From Octopus sinensis (Eukaryota): DNA of 64,000 nucleotides. The stretch spans positions 6,758,001 through 6,822,000 of the forward strand of contig NC_043013.1 in the NCBI RefSeq assembly GCF_006345805.1. The letters run 5' to 3'. The notes beneath the pieces were generated by a model that made no database searches, was not told the DNA's origin, and worked only from the letters and a program-made list of their open reading frames with translations. A program made the position numbers and the translations under genes. Positions within the stretch are counted from its first letter, which is position 1. The number at the start of each line of letters is the position of its first letter. Below are positions 40,456-54,359 of this stretch, piece by piece.

Positions 40456-40644
40456 AAAACCAAATGAAAATGATAAACAGGAGTGGCTGTGTGGTAAGAA
40501 GCTTGCTTACCAACCACATGGTCTTGGGTTCAATCCCACTGCGTGGCACCTTGGGCAAGTATCTTCTATTACAGCCTCGGGCTGACCAAAGCCTTTTGAG
40601 TGGATTTTGTAGATGGAAATTGAAAGAAGCCTGTTGTATATATA

Positions 40645-41934
40645 CGAGGGACGTTCAATAAGTAATGCCCCTGACCCATTTGCAGTTGTTTGATCTAGCT
40701 GAAATTTTGCATGGGCAATCATTTATATCTCTATAGAGTAAGTAACAAATTACAGCTCTAAACTAATTGTGGTTTCTGATTTACAGGTGTTTGAACTGAG
40801 TCAAGTGTGAAATGCAGCCTGTTGAGTGTCGAGCAGTGATCCGGTTTTGTATTTGAAAGGACGCACACCACGGGAGACTTTTGATGAAATGAAAGTAACT
40901 TATGGTGATGATGCCCCATCATATGACCTTGTAAGACGCTGGGATCGTGAATTCAAACATGGTCGGAACTCTGTGGAAACAGCTCCCAGATCTGGTCGCC
41001 CCCTTCTGCCATTCATGAGGCATCTGTCCGTCAAGTTGAGGCTGCCATTTTGGAAGATCGACGCATAATTATTCGCCAAATAGCCCATGAGGTCAAGATT
41101 AGTACCGGGTCTGTGGAAACTATCATTCATGACCATTTGCATATGCAAAAGGTGTCTGCCAGATGGATTCCCAGGTTGCTCACGCCTTTCCAGAAGCAAG
41201 AACGCGTCGAGTGCTCGAGGATGAATTTGGAGATGTGCCAAGAAGATGAGTCAAAATTATTCAAGAGACCGATTACACAGGATGAAACCTGGGTCCATCA
41301 CGATGATCCAGAGACCAAAGCCCAGTCAATGCAGTGGAAGCACCGTGACTCACCCCCTCCAAAGAAGGCAAGGGTGCAGCCCTCCGCTGGCAAGGTCATG
41401 CTCACAGTCTTCTGGGACCAGGACGGAGTAGTGATGAGAGATTTCCTGGCAAAGGGTACCACAATTACAGGAGCCTATTATGCTTCACTTTTGAGGAAAT
41501 TAAGAGAAGTTATCAAAATCAAGAGGCGGGGCAAGATCAGCAAAGGCATCCTCCTCCTGCAGGACAACGCTCCGGTCCACAACTCGCTTGTCGCCAGATC
41601 AGAAGCACAGGCGTATGGCTATGAACTCCTCCCCCATACCCCTACTTTCCTGACCTTGCACCCTCTGATTTTCACCTCTTCCCAGTCATGAAGTTGTTTT
41701 TGAAAGGAAAGCGTTTCCCAGACGATGCAGCCTTGATTTCTGAAGTCACGTTCAGGTTGGAGGACCAAGCTGGGGTCTTCTACAAAAACGGTCTCCAGAG
41801 CTGCATCAAACGATGGTAGAAATGCGTTACTCTTGATGGTTCCTATGTAGAAAAAGACTAATAACTGTGCCAAGTTTCGTTGCTCTACTGCTATAGGAAG
41901 TGGGTCAGGGGCATTACTTATTGAACGCCCCTCG
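40645..41934 (+). mobile_element. Full-length mariner (DD34D) transposon, defective
   Basis: 1290 bp; 34-bp TIRs CGAGGG(A/G)CGTTCAATAAGTAATGCCCCTGACCCA; TA TSD; inserted in the (TA)n of a SINE. Confidence 0.95.
40812..41861 (+). pseudogene. Mariner transposase pseudogene (irritans-like by motif)
   Basis: RSGRP, WIPRLLT, ITQDETW, GKVMLTVFWD, LLQDNAPVH, YFPDLAPSDFHLF, spread over three frameshifts with a late in-frame stop. Confidence 0.9.
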
Positions 41935-41954
41935 TATATATATATACATATATA

Positions 41955-42039
41955 TATACAATAATGTTACATTACTCGGTAGTCAAGATAAAACTCAGAG
42001 TTTTATCTTGACTACCGAGTAATGTAACATTATTGTATA
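41955..42039. repeat. Perfect palindrome, 42-bp arms and 1-nt loop
   Basis: TATACAATAATGTTACATTACTCGGTAGTCAAGATAAAACTC-A-GAGTTTTATCTTGACTACCGAGTAATGTAACATTATTGTATA. Confidence 0.92.
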
Positions 42040-42105
42040 GATAAATTTCCTCTATTTACATAATATTGAGGTCTCTTTCTTTCTTTTGTTATCTTACCGT
42101 TTTAT

Positions 42106-42164
<59 letters not shown>

Positions 42165-42790
42165 ATCCAAACAAGAAAGCACAAAAAAACACAACAACGC
42201 GAGGACGTGGAACAAATATAGTATTATTGGACGTTCAGGAAAGAAGAAAAATATATATATATATATGTATATATATAACTACAATAAGAGGTTTTCAAAT
42301 AGGGAAGCGTTGTGCTTTCGTTTTTTGTGTTAGGCCACTGGTAATAATTTATTATTACCCTATTTTATTATATGCATATATATATATGCATATATATATG
42401 AATAGCTCGGTTTTATAATGCCTGTTAGGTGGTCAGTCCAGCGTAGTGTGACGTCACCAACGTTTTGACCAATCGTTTCGTTAGGTGGCTTTAGTCAAGC
42501 AGAACGGGACGTCATCATCATTTTGACCAATCGCTGTATTATAACTGCCTCTTGTCTGTTTCCTGTTTTGACGAGTCGCTTCGTTAGTCAAGCAGAACGG
42601 GACGTCATCCAGATTCTGCCCAATCACGACTTATAGCTACATTAAATCTGCCCCCTGTCTGTACTTGTTAGGTGACAAGTCAAGCAGAAAAGGACGTCAT
42701 CAATATTCTGACTAATGACTGTCCCCTGTTTGTATCCTGTCCATTCTTGCAGAATGTATATATACATGTATATATATATATATATTATAT

Positions 42791-42870
<80 letters not shown>

Positions 42871-43281
42871 ATATATATGTGTACATATATGTATGTGTGT
42901 GTTTGTTATTTGTGTCTGTGTTCGTCCACCCACCATCGCTTGATAACCGATGTTGGTGTGTTTACGTACCAGTCACTTAGCGGTTTGGCAAAAGTGACCG
43001 ATAGAATAAGTATTAGGCTTACAAAGAATAAGTCCTGGGGTTGTGAGTAATGATATGGGCAAATGATTGAAGGAGATTAAAGTGGAATATCCTGTTGAGC
43101 TTCTTAGGAACAAGAAAGATTATCAGAGTATTTCTGAGAAATTGAAAGACTATTGAAAGCTTTTGAATATCTAAGGTAACTTGCAGTGACCTGATACCCA
43201 CATAAATTCTACCGGGAACAAGACCAAACTTGCATCAAACCAAATAATAACAACAACAACAACGACGACGACGACGACAAC

Positions 43282-43315
<34 letters not shown>

Positions 43316-43523
43316 TAATAATAAAATAATAATAATAATAACGATAATAATAATAATAACAATAATAATAATAATAATAAAATAATAAAATAATAATAAT
43401 AATAAAAATAATAATAATAATAAAAATAATAATAATAATAAATAATAATATAATAATAATAATAATAACATAATAATAATAATAATAATATAATAAAATA
43501 ATAATAATAATAAAATAATAAAA

Positions 43524-43560
<37 letters not shown>

Positions 43561-43599
43561 CAATAATAAAAATAAAAATATTAATAATAATAATAATAA

Positions 43600-43668
<69 letters not shown>

Positions 43669-43977
43669 GTAAAACACCACTGTAAATGAAAAAAATTAAA
43701 ACGGAAATACAAAAAAACTAAAGAAAGCAAAAAAAAATCGCAATGAAACAATAAAAGCTAAGCTTGGATCAAAAGTGAAAGTAGTTGATACCCTGAATTG
43801 CTTATAAGTTACGTCTTATTTAAAGTCCGTTCTTAGTGAGTTCACTGCATTCGGAAACTTCAGCAATAAGAGGTGATAGTTTCGACTAGTCTTTACTTTA
43901 CCACACAAGAGGAAAAAATAACACACTTAGAAAGAAAAGAAAAAACAACAGCAAACAGAAATAATAGGTAAGTAAAT

Positions 43978-44897
43978 GGATCTTTTCGGTTTGAACGGCA
44001 GTTTTTTCTAGCGGTGTCATATGAAATTGTCAATCATAATTATGACCCTAGTATCGATCTATTGCATTTCAATGTTTTAGGGTTAGGGTTGGGGGAACGG
44101 TATCTTTTTTTCAGCGATGTTTCGCTTGTCGTAGCACAAGTTTCCGTCGATTTCCGTAAAAAACTTTTATTTTTTTACATAAGTAATGAGAGCGAAAGAG
44201 ACTAAGAGGAAGCGATTTTATGACGAGGAAATTTCTCTTTGAAGTCCCCGTGTGTGTGTTTGATGGGGTGTGGGAGACAGACAGTATGTTGTGTAAGTGA
44301 AGTGCTTCTGTTAGTGTGTGCGAAGAGACAGAGAGAGTAATGTGTGAAAGAGAGAGAAAACTGAAATTTTTTACTCGGTGTATGTGTATATGTATGTCTG
44401 CATGTATGTGTGTGTGTATCTTTCTATGTATGTGTGTGTGTGTATGTATGTGTGTGTGTATGTATGAGTGTGTATGTATGTGTATGTATGTATGTATGTA
44501 TGTATGTATGGCCGATTCAGTGTTTACATTTTTTACGGAAATCGACGGAGGAAATCGACAATCGACGGAGTAAATCGACGGAAACGTGTGCTTCGACAAG
44601 CGAAACATCGCCTTTTTTTCTTCACAACTGTAAATAAACCTAATCTGTTTCTTAAACGAGGGACATATTCATATGGCACAGAATGTTTTCACCTCAATAG
44701 ACGTCATTGATCGGTTGAAATTGCAGAAATTGAAGAAGAAAAAAACAACAAATATCTTACAAACTATGGAATTTTCTCAATAAAGCCAAGAGAAAAAGAT
44801 GTTTTATGTAACACATTCTACCAGTATACGAAGTTTAAAAGTGTTAGTTAGGTGGAAATTATTTTTTAAAAAACTGCCGGTCAAACCGAAATGATCC
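43978..44897. mobile_element. MITE with GG-ended 30-bp TIRs and 8-bp TSD (Merlin-like), repeated in each unit of the tandem array
   Basis: TIR GGATCTTTTCGGTTTGAACGGCAGTTTTTT; TSD AAGTAAAT at 43970-43977 and 44898-44905; internal TTAGGG-like repeats. Confidence 0.82.
44113..44612. mobile_element. Nested MITE with 8-bp TSD
   Basis: TIR (A/G)GCGATGTTTCGCTTGTCG..GTTTCCGTCGATTT; TSD TTTTTTTC; the empty site is visible in later array units. Confidence 0.85.
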
Positions 44898-45191
44898 AAG
44901 TAAATTTCATTGTCATCCTCTCGTCTTCATCATTATCGTCTTCATCATTGATGCTGTCGTTGTTGTAGTTGTTGTCAGAGTCAGTTAAGGCCTAGGCGGC
45001 TATCTTTCGTTTTGCATCGGAAGAACGTGAAACATAAAGCGTTCGGTAATTTCCGTAAAAAAAATTTTATTTATTTCTTTTTGTAGGTGTTTAAAGTGCA
45101 TTTCCTTTGATCTCACGATGATAACAGAGTGTATATGTCGTGAGTGTGAGACAGAAAGTGTGTGTTGTATGTGTACATATGTGTGAAAGAC

Positions 45192-45228
<37 letters not shown>

Positions 45229-45427
45229 TCTGTTGAAGGAAAAGTAGAAAGCTGTTGACTATGTATAGTGTCCATCATCCCAAAGCTGATATTAACTGGT
45301 TGTACTTGAAGAGAGACCAGAGTGGAAAAGGCTTAAATCCTTAAATCTATTATAGCCTCAGGCTGACCAAAGCCTTTTGAGTGGATTTTGTAGACAGAAA
45401 TTGAAAGAAGCCTGTTGTGTATATATA

Positions 45428-45940
45428 CTAGCAGTATCGCCCGGCGTTGCTCGGGTTTGTAAGGGAAATAACTATATAAGCATTTTTAGAGAGTTACTTC
45501 CTTTATAGATGCCAATTCGGGCTTTCTTAGCCATTTCTGTTTTGGTGTCTTCAAGCCATGAAGTCGTTGTTCTAAAAGAACGCTGGTCTCCTTGACAACG
45601 CATTACGACGTTGATTTCCTTACACTCCCTTCCCCACAGCTTCACGAGGGAGCGAAGAAGGGGGAGAAGCAAACACAGGTGCAGCTGTGACCATGGACGC
45701 CAACTCCGCCGCCATCGACACACGAAAAATTATGCATTAAAATGGAATAAAAAATGATATTAAATTATTTTTAAAATCGTTGACTCATCGTAGACGCGCA
45801 CTAATAGCCAGACGGGCTCGATATTAATCACGACTATAAGATACCCGAATTTGGTTAAACTGCACCGCAAAATGTGGGAGGAGTTAGGAATCTAAATCGT
45901 AGGAGACAGACACTCACACAACTACAGTTTTATATATATA
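45428..45940 (-). mobile_element. Related non-autonomous Helitron, repeated in each array unit
   Basis: Same 3' hairpin-CTAG end and related 5' end; inserted in a SINE (TA)n tract. Confidence 0.8.
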
Positions 45941-46930
45941 TGTGTGTGTGTGTGTGTATAAATAAAATAAGAGGCTTTCAATAGGGAAGCATTGTGCTTT
46001 CGTTTCTTGTGCTAGGCCACTGGTAATAATAATTTATTATTACCCTATTTTATTATATGCATATATCTATATATATAAAACTGTAGTTGTGTGAGTGTCT
46101 GTCCCCTTCGGTTTAGATTCCTAACTACTCCCACAAGAGGAAAAAATAACACACTTAGAAAGAAAAGAAAAACAACAGCAAACAGAAATAATAGGTAAGT
46201 AAATGGATCTTTTCGGTTTGAACGGCAGTTTTTTCTAGCGGTGTCATATGAAATTGTCACCCATAATTATAACCCTAGTATCGATCTATTGCATTTCAGT
46301 GTTTTAGGGTTAGGGTTATGGTTAGGATTAGGGTTTTGGGGGAAGGGTATTTTTTTTCTTCAGAAATGGAAATAAACCCAATCTGTTTCTTAAACGAGGG
46401 ATATATTCATATGGCACAGAATGTTTTCACCAAAATAGACGTCATTGATTGGTTGAAATTGCAGAAATTGAAGAAGAAAAAAAAAAACAAATATCTTACA
46501 AACTATGGAATTTTCTCAATAAAGCCAAGAGAAAAAGATGTTTTATGTAACACATTCTACCAGTATACGAAGTTTAAAAGCGTTTAGTTAGGTGGAAATT
46601 ATTTTTTAAAAAACTGCCGGTCAAACCGAAAAGATCGAAGTAAATTTCATTGTCATCCTCTCGTCTTCATCATTATCGTCTTCATCATTGATGCTGTCGT
46701 TGTTGTAGTTGTTGTCAGAGTCAGTTAAGGCCTAGGCGGCTATCTTTCGTTTTGCATCGGAAGAACGTGAAACATAAAGCGTTCGGTAATTTCCGTAAAG
46801 AAATTTTATTTATTTCTTTTTGTAGGTGTTTAAAGTGCATTTCCTTTGATCTCACGATGATAACAGAGTGTATATGTCGTGAGTGTGAGACAAAAAGTGT
46901 GTGTTGTATGTGTACATATGTGTGAAAGAC

Positions 46931-46975
<45 letters not shown>

Positions 46976-47688
46976 TGTGTTGAAGGAAAAGTAGAAAGCT
47001 GTTGACTAGGTATAGTGTCCATTATCCAAAAGCTGATATTAACTGGTTGTACTTGAAGAGAGACCAGAGTGGAAGAGGCTTAAATCCTTAAATCTATTAT
47101 AGCCTCAGGCTGACCAAAGCCTTTTGAGTGGATTTTGTAGACAGAAATTGAAAGAAGCCTGTTGTGTATATATACTAGCAGTATCGCCCGGCGTTGCTCG
47201 GGTTTGTAAGGGAAATAACTATATAAGCATTTTTAGAGAGTTACTTCCTTTATAGATGCCAATTCGGGCTTTCTTAGCCATTTCTGTTTTGGTGTCTTCA
47301 AGCCATGAAGTCGTTGTTCTAAAAGAACGCTGGTCTCCTTGACAACGCATTACGACGTTGATTTCCTTACACTCCCTTCCCCACAGCTTCACGAGGGAGC
47401 GAAGAAGGGGGAGAAGCAAACACAGGTGCAGGTGTGACCATGGACGCCAACTCCGCCGCCATCGACACACGAAAAATTATGCATTAAAATGGAATAAAAA
47501 ATGATATTAAATTATTTTTAAAATCGTTGACTCATCTTAGACGCGCACTAATAGCCAGACGGGCTCGATATTAATCACGACTATAAGAAACCCGAATTTG
47601 GTTAAACTGCACCGCAAAATGTAGGAGGAGTTAGGAATCTAAATCGTAGGAGACACACACTCACACAACTACAGTTTTATATATATAG

Positions 47689-47728
<40 letters not shown>

Positions 47729-48705
47729 ATAAATAAAATAAGAGGCTTTCAATAGGGAAGCATTGTGCTTTCGTTTCTTGTGCTAGGCCACTGGTAATAA
47801 TAATTTATTATTACCCTATTTTATTATATGCATATATCTATATATAATAAAACTGTAGTTGTGTGAGTGTCTGTCCCCTTCGGTTTAGATTCATAACTAC
47901 TCCCACAAGAGGAAAAAATAACACACTTAGAAAGAAAAGAAAAACAACAGCAAACAGAAATAATAGGTAAGTAAATGGATCTTTTCGGTTTGAACGGCAG
48001 TTTTTTCTAGCGGTGTCATATGAAATTGTCACCCATAATTATAACCCTAGTATCGATCTATTGCATTTCAGTGTTTTAGGGTTAGGGTTATGGTTAGGAT
48101 TAGGGTTTTGGGGGAAGGGTATTTTTTTTCTTCAGAAATGGAAATAAACCCAATCTGTTTCTTAAACGAGGGACATATTCATATGGCACAGAATATTTTC
48201 ACCTAAATAGACGTCATTGATTGGTTGAAATTGCAGAAATTGAAGAAGAAAAAAACAACAAATATCTTACAAACTATGGAATTTTCTCAATAAAGCCAAG
48301 AGAGAAAAAGGTGTTTTATGTAACACATTCTACCAGTATACGAAGTTTAAAAGCGTTTAGTTAGGTGGAAATTATTTTTTAAAAAACTGCCGGTCAAACC
48401 GAAAAGATCCAAGTAAATTTCATTGTCATCCTCTCGACTTCATCATTATCGTCTTCATCATTGATGCTGTCGTTGTTGTAGTTGTTGTCAGAGTCAGTTA
48501 AGGCCTAGGCGGCTATCTTTCGTTTTGCATCGGAAGAACGTGAAACATAAAGCGTTCGGTAATTTCCGTAAAAAAAATTTTATTATTTTTTTGTAGGTGT
48601 TTAAAGTGCATTTCCTTTGATCTCACGATGATAACAGAGTGTATATGTCGTGAGTGTGAGACAAAAAGTGTGTGTTGTATGTGTACATATGTGTGAAAGA
48701 CATAC

Positions 48706-48745
<40 letters not shown>

Positions 48746-51226
48746 GTGTTGAAGGAAAAGTAGAAAGCTGTTGACTATGTATAGTGTCCATCATCCCAAA
48801 GCTGATATTAAATGGTTGTACTTGAAGAGAGACCAGAGTGGAAAAGGCTTAAATCCTTAAATCTATTATAGCCTCAGGCTGACCAAAGCCTTTTGAGTGG
48901 ATTTTGTAGACAGAAATTGAAAGAAGCCTGTTGTGTATATATACTAGCAGTATCGCCCGGCGTTGCTCGGGTTTGTAAGGGAAATAACTATATAAGCATT
49001 TTTAGAGAGTTACTTCCTTATAGATGCCAATTCGGGCTTTCTTAGCCATTTCTGTTTTGGTGTCTTCAAGCCATGAAGTCGTTGTTCTAAAAGAACGCTG
49101 GTCTCCTTGACAACGCATTACGACGTTGATTTCCTTACACTCCCTTCCCCACAGCTTCACGAGGGAGCGAAGAAGGGGGAGAGAAGCAAACACAGGTGCA
49201 GGTGTGACATGGACGCCAACTCCGCCGCCATCGACACACGAAAAATTATGCATTAAAATGGAATAAAAAATGATATTAAATTATTTTTAAAATCGTTGAC
49301 TCATCTTAGACGCGCACTAATAGCCAGACGGGCTCGATATTAATCACGACTATAAGAAACCCGAATTTGGTTAAACTGCACCGCAAAATGTAGGAGGAGT
49401 TAGGAATCTAAATCGTAGGAGACACACACTCACACAACTACAGTTTTATATATATAGATATATATATATATGTGTGTGTGTGTGTGGTGTGTATAAATAA
49501 AATAAGAGGCTTTCAATAGGGAAGCATTGTGCTTTCGTTTCTTGTGCTAGGCCACTGGTAATAATAATTTATTATTACCCTATTTTATTATATGCATATA
49601 TCTATATATATAAAACTGTAGTTGTGTGAGTGTCTGTCCCCTTCGGTTTAGATTCATAACTACTCCCACAAGAGGAAAAAATAACACACTTAGAAAGAAA
49701 AGAAAAACAACAGCAAACAGAAATAATAGGTAAGTAAATGGATCTTTTCGGTTTGAACGGCAGTTTTTTCTAGCGGTGTCATATGAAATTGTCACCCATA
49801 ATTATAACCCTAGTATCGATCTATTGCATTTCAGTGTTTTAGGGTTAGGGTTATGGTTAGGATTAGGGTTTTGGGGGAAGGGTATTTTTTTTCTTCAGAA
49901 ATGGAAATAAACCCAATCTGTTTCTTAAACGAGGGATATATTCATATGGCACAGAATATTTTCACCAAAATAGACGTCATTGATTGGTTGAAATTGCAGA
50001 AATTGAAGAAGAAGAAAAAAACAACAAATATCTTACAAACTATGGAATTTTCTCAATAAAGCCAAGAGAAAAAGATGTTTTATGTAACACATTCTACCAG
50101 TATACGAAGTTTAAAAGCGTTTAGTTAGGTGGAAATTATTTTTAAAAAAACTGCCGGTCAAACCGAAAAGATCCAAGTAAATTTCATTGTCATCCTCTCG
50201 ACTTCATCATTATCGTCTTCATCATTGATGCTGTCGTTGTTGTAGTTGTTGTCAGAGTCAGTTAAGGCCTAGGCGGCTATCTTCGTTTTGCATCGGAAGA
50301 ACGTGAAACATAAAGCGTTCGGTAATTTCCGTAAAAAAAATTTTATTTATTTCTTTTTGTAGGTGTTTAAAGTGCATTTCTTTGATCTCACGATGATAAC
50401 AGAGTGTATATGTCGTGAGTGTGAGACAAAAAGTGTGTGTTGTATGTGTACATATGTGTGAAAGACATACAGAGAGAGAGAGAGAGAAGAAGAGAGAGAG
50501 AGAGAGAGAGAGAGGTGTGTGAAGGAAAAGTAGAAAGCTGTTGACTATGTATAGTGTCCATCATCCCAAAGCTGATATTAACTGGTTGTACTTGAAGAGA
50601 GACCAGAGTGGAAGAGGCTTAAATCCTTAAATCTATTATAGCCTCAGGCTGACCAAAGCCTTTTGAGTGGATTTTGTAGACAGAAATTGAAAGAAGCCTG
50701 TTGTGTATATATACTAGCAGTATCGCCCGGCGTTGCTCGGGTTTGTAAGGGAAATAACTATATAAGCATTTTTAGAGAGTTACTTCCTTATAGATGCCAA
50801 TTCGGGCTTTCTTAGCCATTTCTGTTTTGGTGTCTTCAAGCCATGAAGTCGTTGTTCTAAAAGAACGCTGGTCTCCTTGACAACGCATTACGACGTTGAT
50901 TTCCTTACACTCCCTTCCCCACAGCTTCACGAGGGAGCGAAGAAGGGGGAGAAGCAAACACAGGTGCAGGTGTGACCATGGACGCCAACTCCGCCGCCAT
51001 CGACACACGAAAAATTATGCATTAAAATGGAATAAAAAATGATATTAAATTATTTTTAAAATCGTTGACTCATCTTAGACGCGCACTAATAGCCAGACGG
51101 GCTCGATATTATCACGACTATAAGAAACCCGAATTTGGTTAAACTGCCACCGCAAAATGTAGGAGGAGTTAGGAATCTAAATCGTAGGAGACACACACTC
51201 ACACAACTACAGTTTTATATATATAG

Positions 51227-51260
<34 letters not shown>

Positions 51261-52360
51261 ATAAATAAAATAAGAGGCTTTCAATAGGGAAGCATTGTGC
51301 TTTCGTTTCTTGTGCTAGGCCACTGGTAATAATAATTTATTATTACCCTATTTTATTATATGCATATATATATATATATATAAAACTGTAGTTGTGTGAG
51401 TGTCTGTCCCCTTCGGTTTAGATTCATAACTACTCCCACAAGAGGAAAAAATAACACACTTAGAAAGAAAAGAAAAACAACAGCAAACAGAAATAATAGG
51501 TAAGTAAATGGATCTTTTCGGTTTGAACGGCAGTTTTTTCTAGCGGTGTCATATGAAATTGTCACCCATAATTATAACCCTAGTATCGATCTATTGCATT
51601 TCAGTGTTTTAGGGTTAGGGTTATGGTTAGGATTAGGGTTTTGGGGGAAGGGTATTTTTTTTTCTTCAGAAATGGAAATAAACCCAATCTGTTTCTTAAA
51701 CGAGGGACATATTCATATGGCACAGAATATTTTCACCTAAATAGACGTCATTGATTGGTTGAAATTGCAGAAATTGGAAGAAGAAGAAAAAAACAACAAA
51801 TATCTTACAAACTATGGAATTTTCAATAAAGCCAAGAGAAAAAGGTTGTTGTTTTATGTAACACATTCTACCAGTATACGAAGTTAAAAGCGTTTAGTTA
51901 GGTGGAAATTATTTTTAAAAAACTGCCGGTCAAACGAAAAGATCCAAGTAAATTTCATTGTCATCCTCTCGTCTTCATCATTATCGTCTTCATCATTGAT
52001 ACTGTCGTTGTTGTAGTTGTTGTCATAGTCAGTTACGGCCTAGGCGGCTATCTTTCGTTTTGCATCGGAAGAACGTGAAACATAAAGCGTTCGGTAATTT
52101 CCGTAAAAAAATTTTATTTATTTCTTTTTGTAGGTGTTTAAAGTGCATTTCCTTTGATCTCACGATGATAACAGAGTGTATATGTCGTGAGTGTGAGACA
52201 GAAAGTGTGTGTTGTATGTGTACATATGTGTGAAAGACATAGAGAGAGAGAGAGATAGAGAGAGAGGTGTGTTGCTGTGTGTGTGTGAGGGAGGAAGTAG
52301 CAGAACATTTTTTTAACTTATTTTTTCTCACACCTTTTTTGGGGTGTGTGAGTGATTGAC

Positions 52361-52440
<80 letters not shown>

Positions 52441-52817
52441 AGGTGTGTTGAAGGAAAAGTAGAAAGCTGTTGACTATGTATAGTGTCCATCATCCCAAAG
52501 CTGATATTAACTGGTTGTACTTGAAGAGAGACCAGAGTGGAAAAGGCTTAAATCCTTAAATCTATTATAGCCTCAGGCTGACCAAAGCCTTTTGAGTGGA
52601 TTTTGTAGACAGAAATTGAAAGAAGCCTGTTGTGTATATATACTAGCAGTATCGCCCGGCGTTGCTCGGGTTTGTAAGGGAAATAACTATATAAGCATTT
52701 TTAGAGAGTTACTTCCTTTATAGATGCCAATTCGGGCTTTCTTAGCCATTTCTGTTTTGGTGTCTCCAAGCTTATCATCTCTCCACGTGCGGTCAACACA
52801 ACCCCACCATTTATTGA

Positions 52818-52904
<87 letters not shown>

Positions 52905-53299
52905 ATATATATGCATATATGTGTATATATATGTATGTGTGTGCTTGTTATTTGTGTCTGTGTTTGTCCATCCACCATCGCTTGATAACCGATGTTAGTG
53001 TGTTTACATACCAGTCACATAGCGGTTTGGCAAAAGACACAGATAGAATAAGTATTAGGCTTACAAAGAATAAGTACTGAGGTCAATTCGTTCGACTAAA
53101 GGTGGTGCTCCAGCATGGCCACAGTTAAATGACTGAAACAAATAAAAGAGTAAAAGAAAAAAAATGCTATGTTGCTCACTAATTGAGCCATCATACCCAT
53201 TTCATTCCAGGATTATAAAGAAAGAAAAAAAACATTTTTTAAATACAATCCCTTAAAATTTGTAAATGCCAGAATTTAAAGTATGAATATTATAAAGGT

Positions 53300-53601
53300 T
53301 ATGCCTGTAATAAATGGTGCATTAGGTACTGTGAGTAATGATATGGACAAATGATTGAAGGAGATTAAAGTGGAATATCCTGTTGAGCTTCTTAGGAACA
53401 AGAAAGATTATCAGAGTGTTTCCGAGTACTTCAAAGATTATTGAAAGCTTGTGAATATCTAAGGTAACATGCAGTGACCTGACACCCACATAAATTCCAT
53501 CGGGAACAAGACCAAACCTGCATCAAATCAAATAACAACAACAACGACGATGACGACAACGACGACGATAATAATAATAATAATAAATAATAATAATAAT
53601 A

Positions 53602-53645
<44 letters not shown>

Positions 53646-53714
53646 TAATAATAATAATAATAGTTATAATAATAAAATAATAATAATAATATTAATAATA
53701 ATAATAATAATAAC

Positions 53715-53754
<40 letters not shown>

Positions 53755-53880
53755 GATAATGATAATGATGATAATGACGATAATGACGATAACAACGATA
53801 ATGACGATAACGACGATAACGACGATAACGACAATAACGATAATGACAATAATAATAATAATAATAATAATAAATAATAA
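53300..53880 (+). mobile_element. R4/Dong-like 3' end with (AAT)n tail; paralogous copy at ~43041-43667
   Basis: PVINGALGTV..LKEI..VEL..LGTRKIIRV followed by a short 3' UTR and (AAT)n. Confidence 0.65.
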
Positions 53881-54359
53881 ATGCCCTGATGCAGTACCAG
53901 ACAGTTGCTCTCATGGCTTCTGATCTTAACCAATTGGAAGTGTTATCATGTACATTGTTTTGTCTTGGGCTACACCAAATATTCTGCTCAATTCCACAGA
54001 TTTGCTTGTCAGTTGTTTGACTTTAACCAGTTGAGCATGTCCCTTAATGTCTGACGATATGTGCATCTCTGAGCATGAGCAGAAGTAGTTATGGAGAATC
54101 ATACCCTTGTGTTGAGAGGGATTCTTTGGGGTTTGAGTAATTCACCTCTGGAAACATGGGTGTTTCGTTCAACATCCTTAAACAACCCTTATTCAAGGAC
54201 CTTTTGAGCGGGATGGGTTACTTGACCAGAAGAAAATTCTAACTGGGCCCCACCTGCAATGTCATGTGCTGTTTATCTTGACATAAGATTACCATGTTTG
54301 TCCCCTCTATGTTTAGCCCCTTGTGGGCAATAAAGAAATAGGAATTCATTTTTTCACCA

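Larger units (their letters stand above)
43901..52765. repeat. Composite tandem array, ~1.77 kb unit, ~4.7 copies
   Basis: Unit junctions near 46131, 47902, 49666 and 51436; the same ORFs recur in the track (MCRWRRSW.., MTISYDTAR..). Confidence 0.95.

Noticed and set aside
43901-52765. Tandem gene cluster or CRISPR-like array
   Set aside because: The recurring ORFs lie in MITE/Helitron sequence, have frame-breaking differences between units, and there are no unique spacers.
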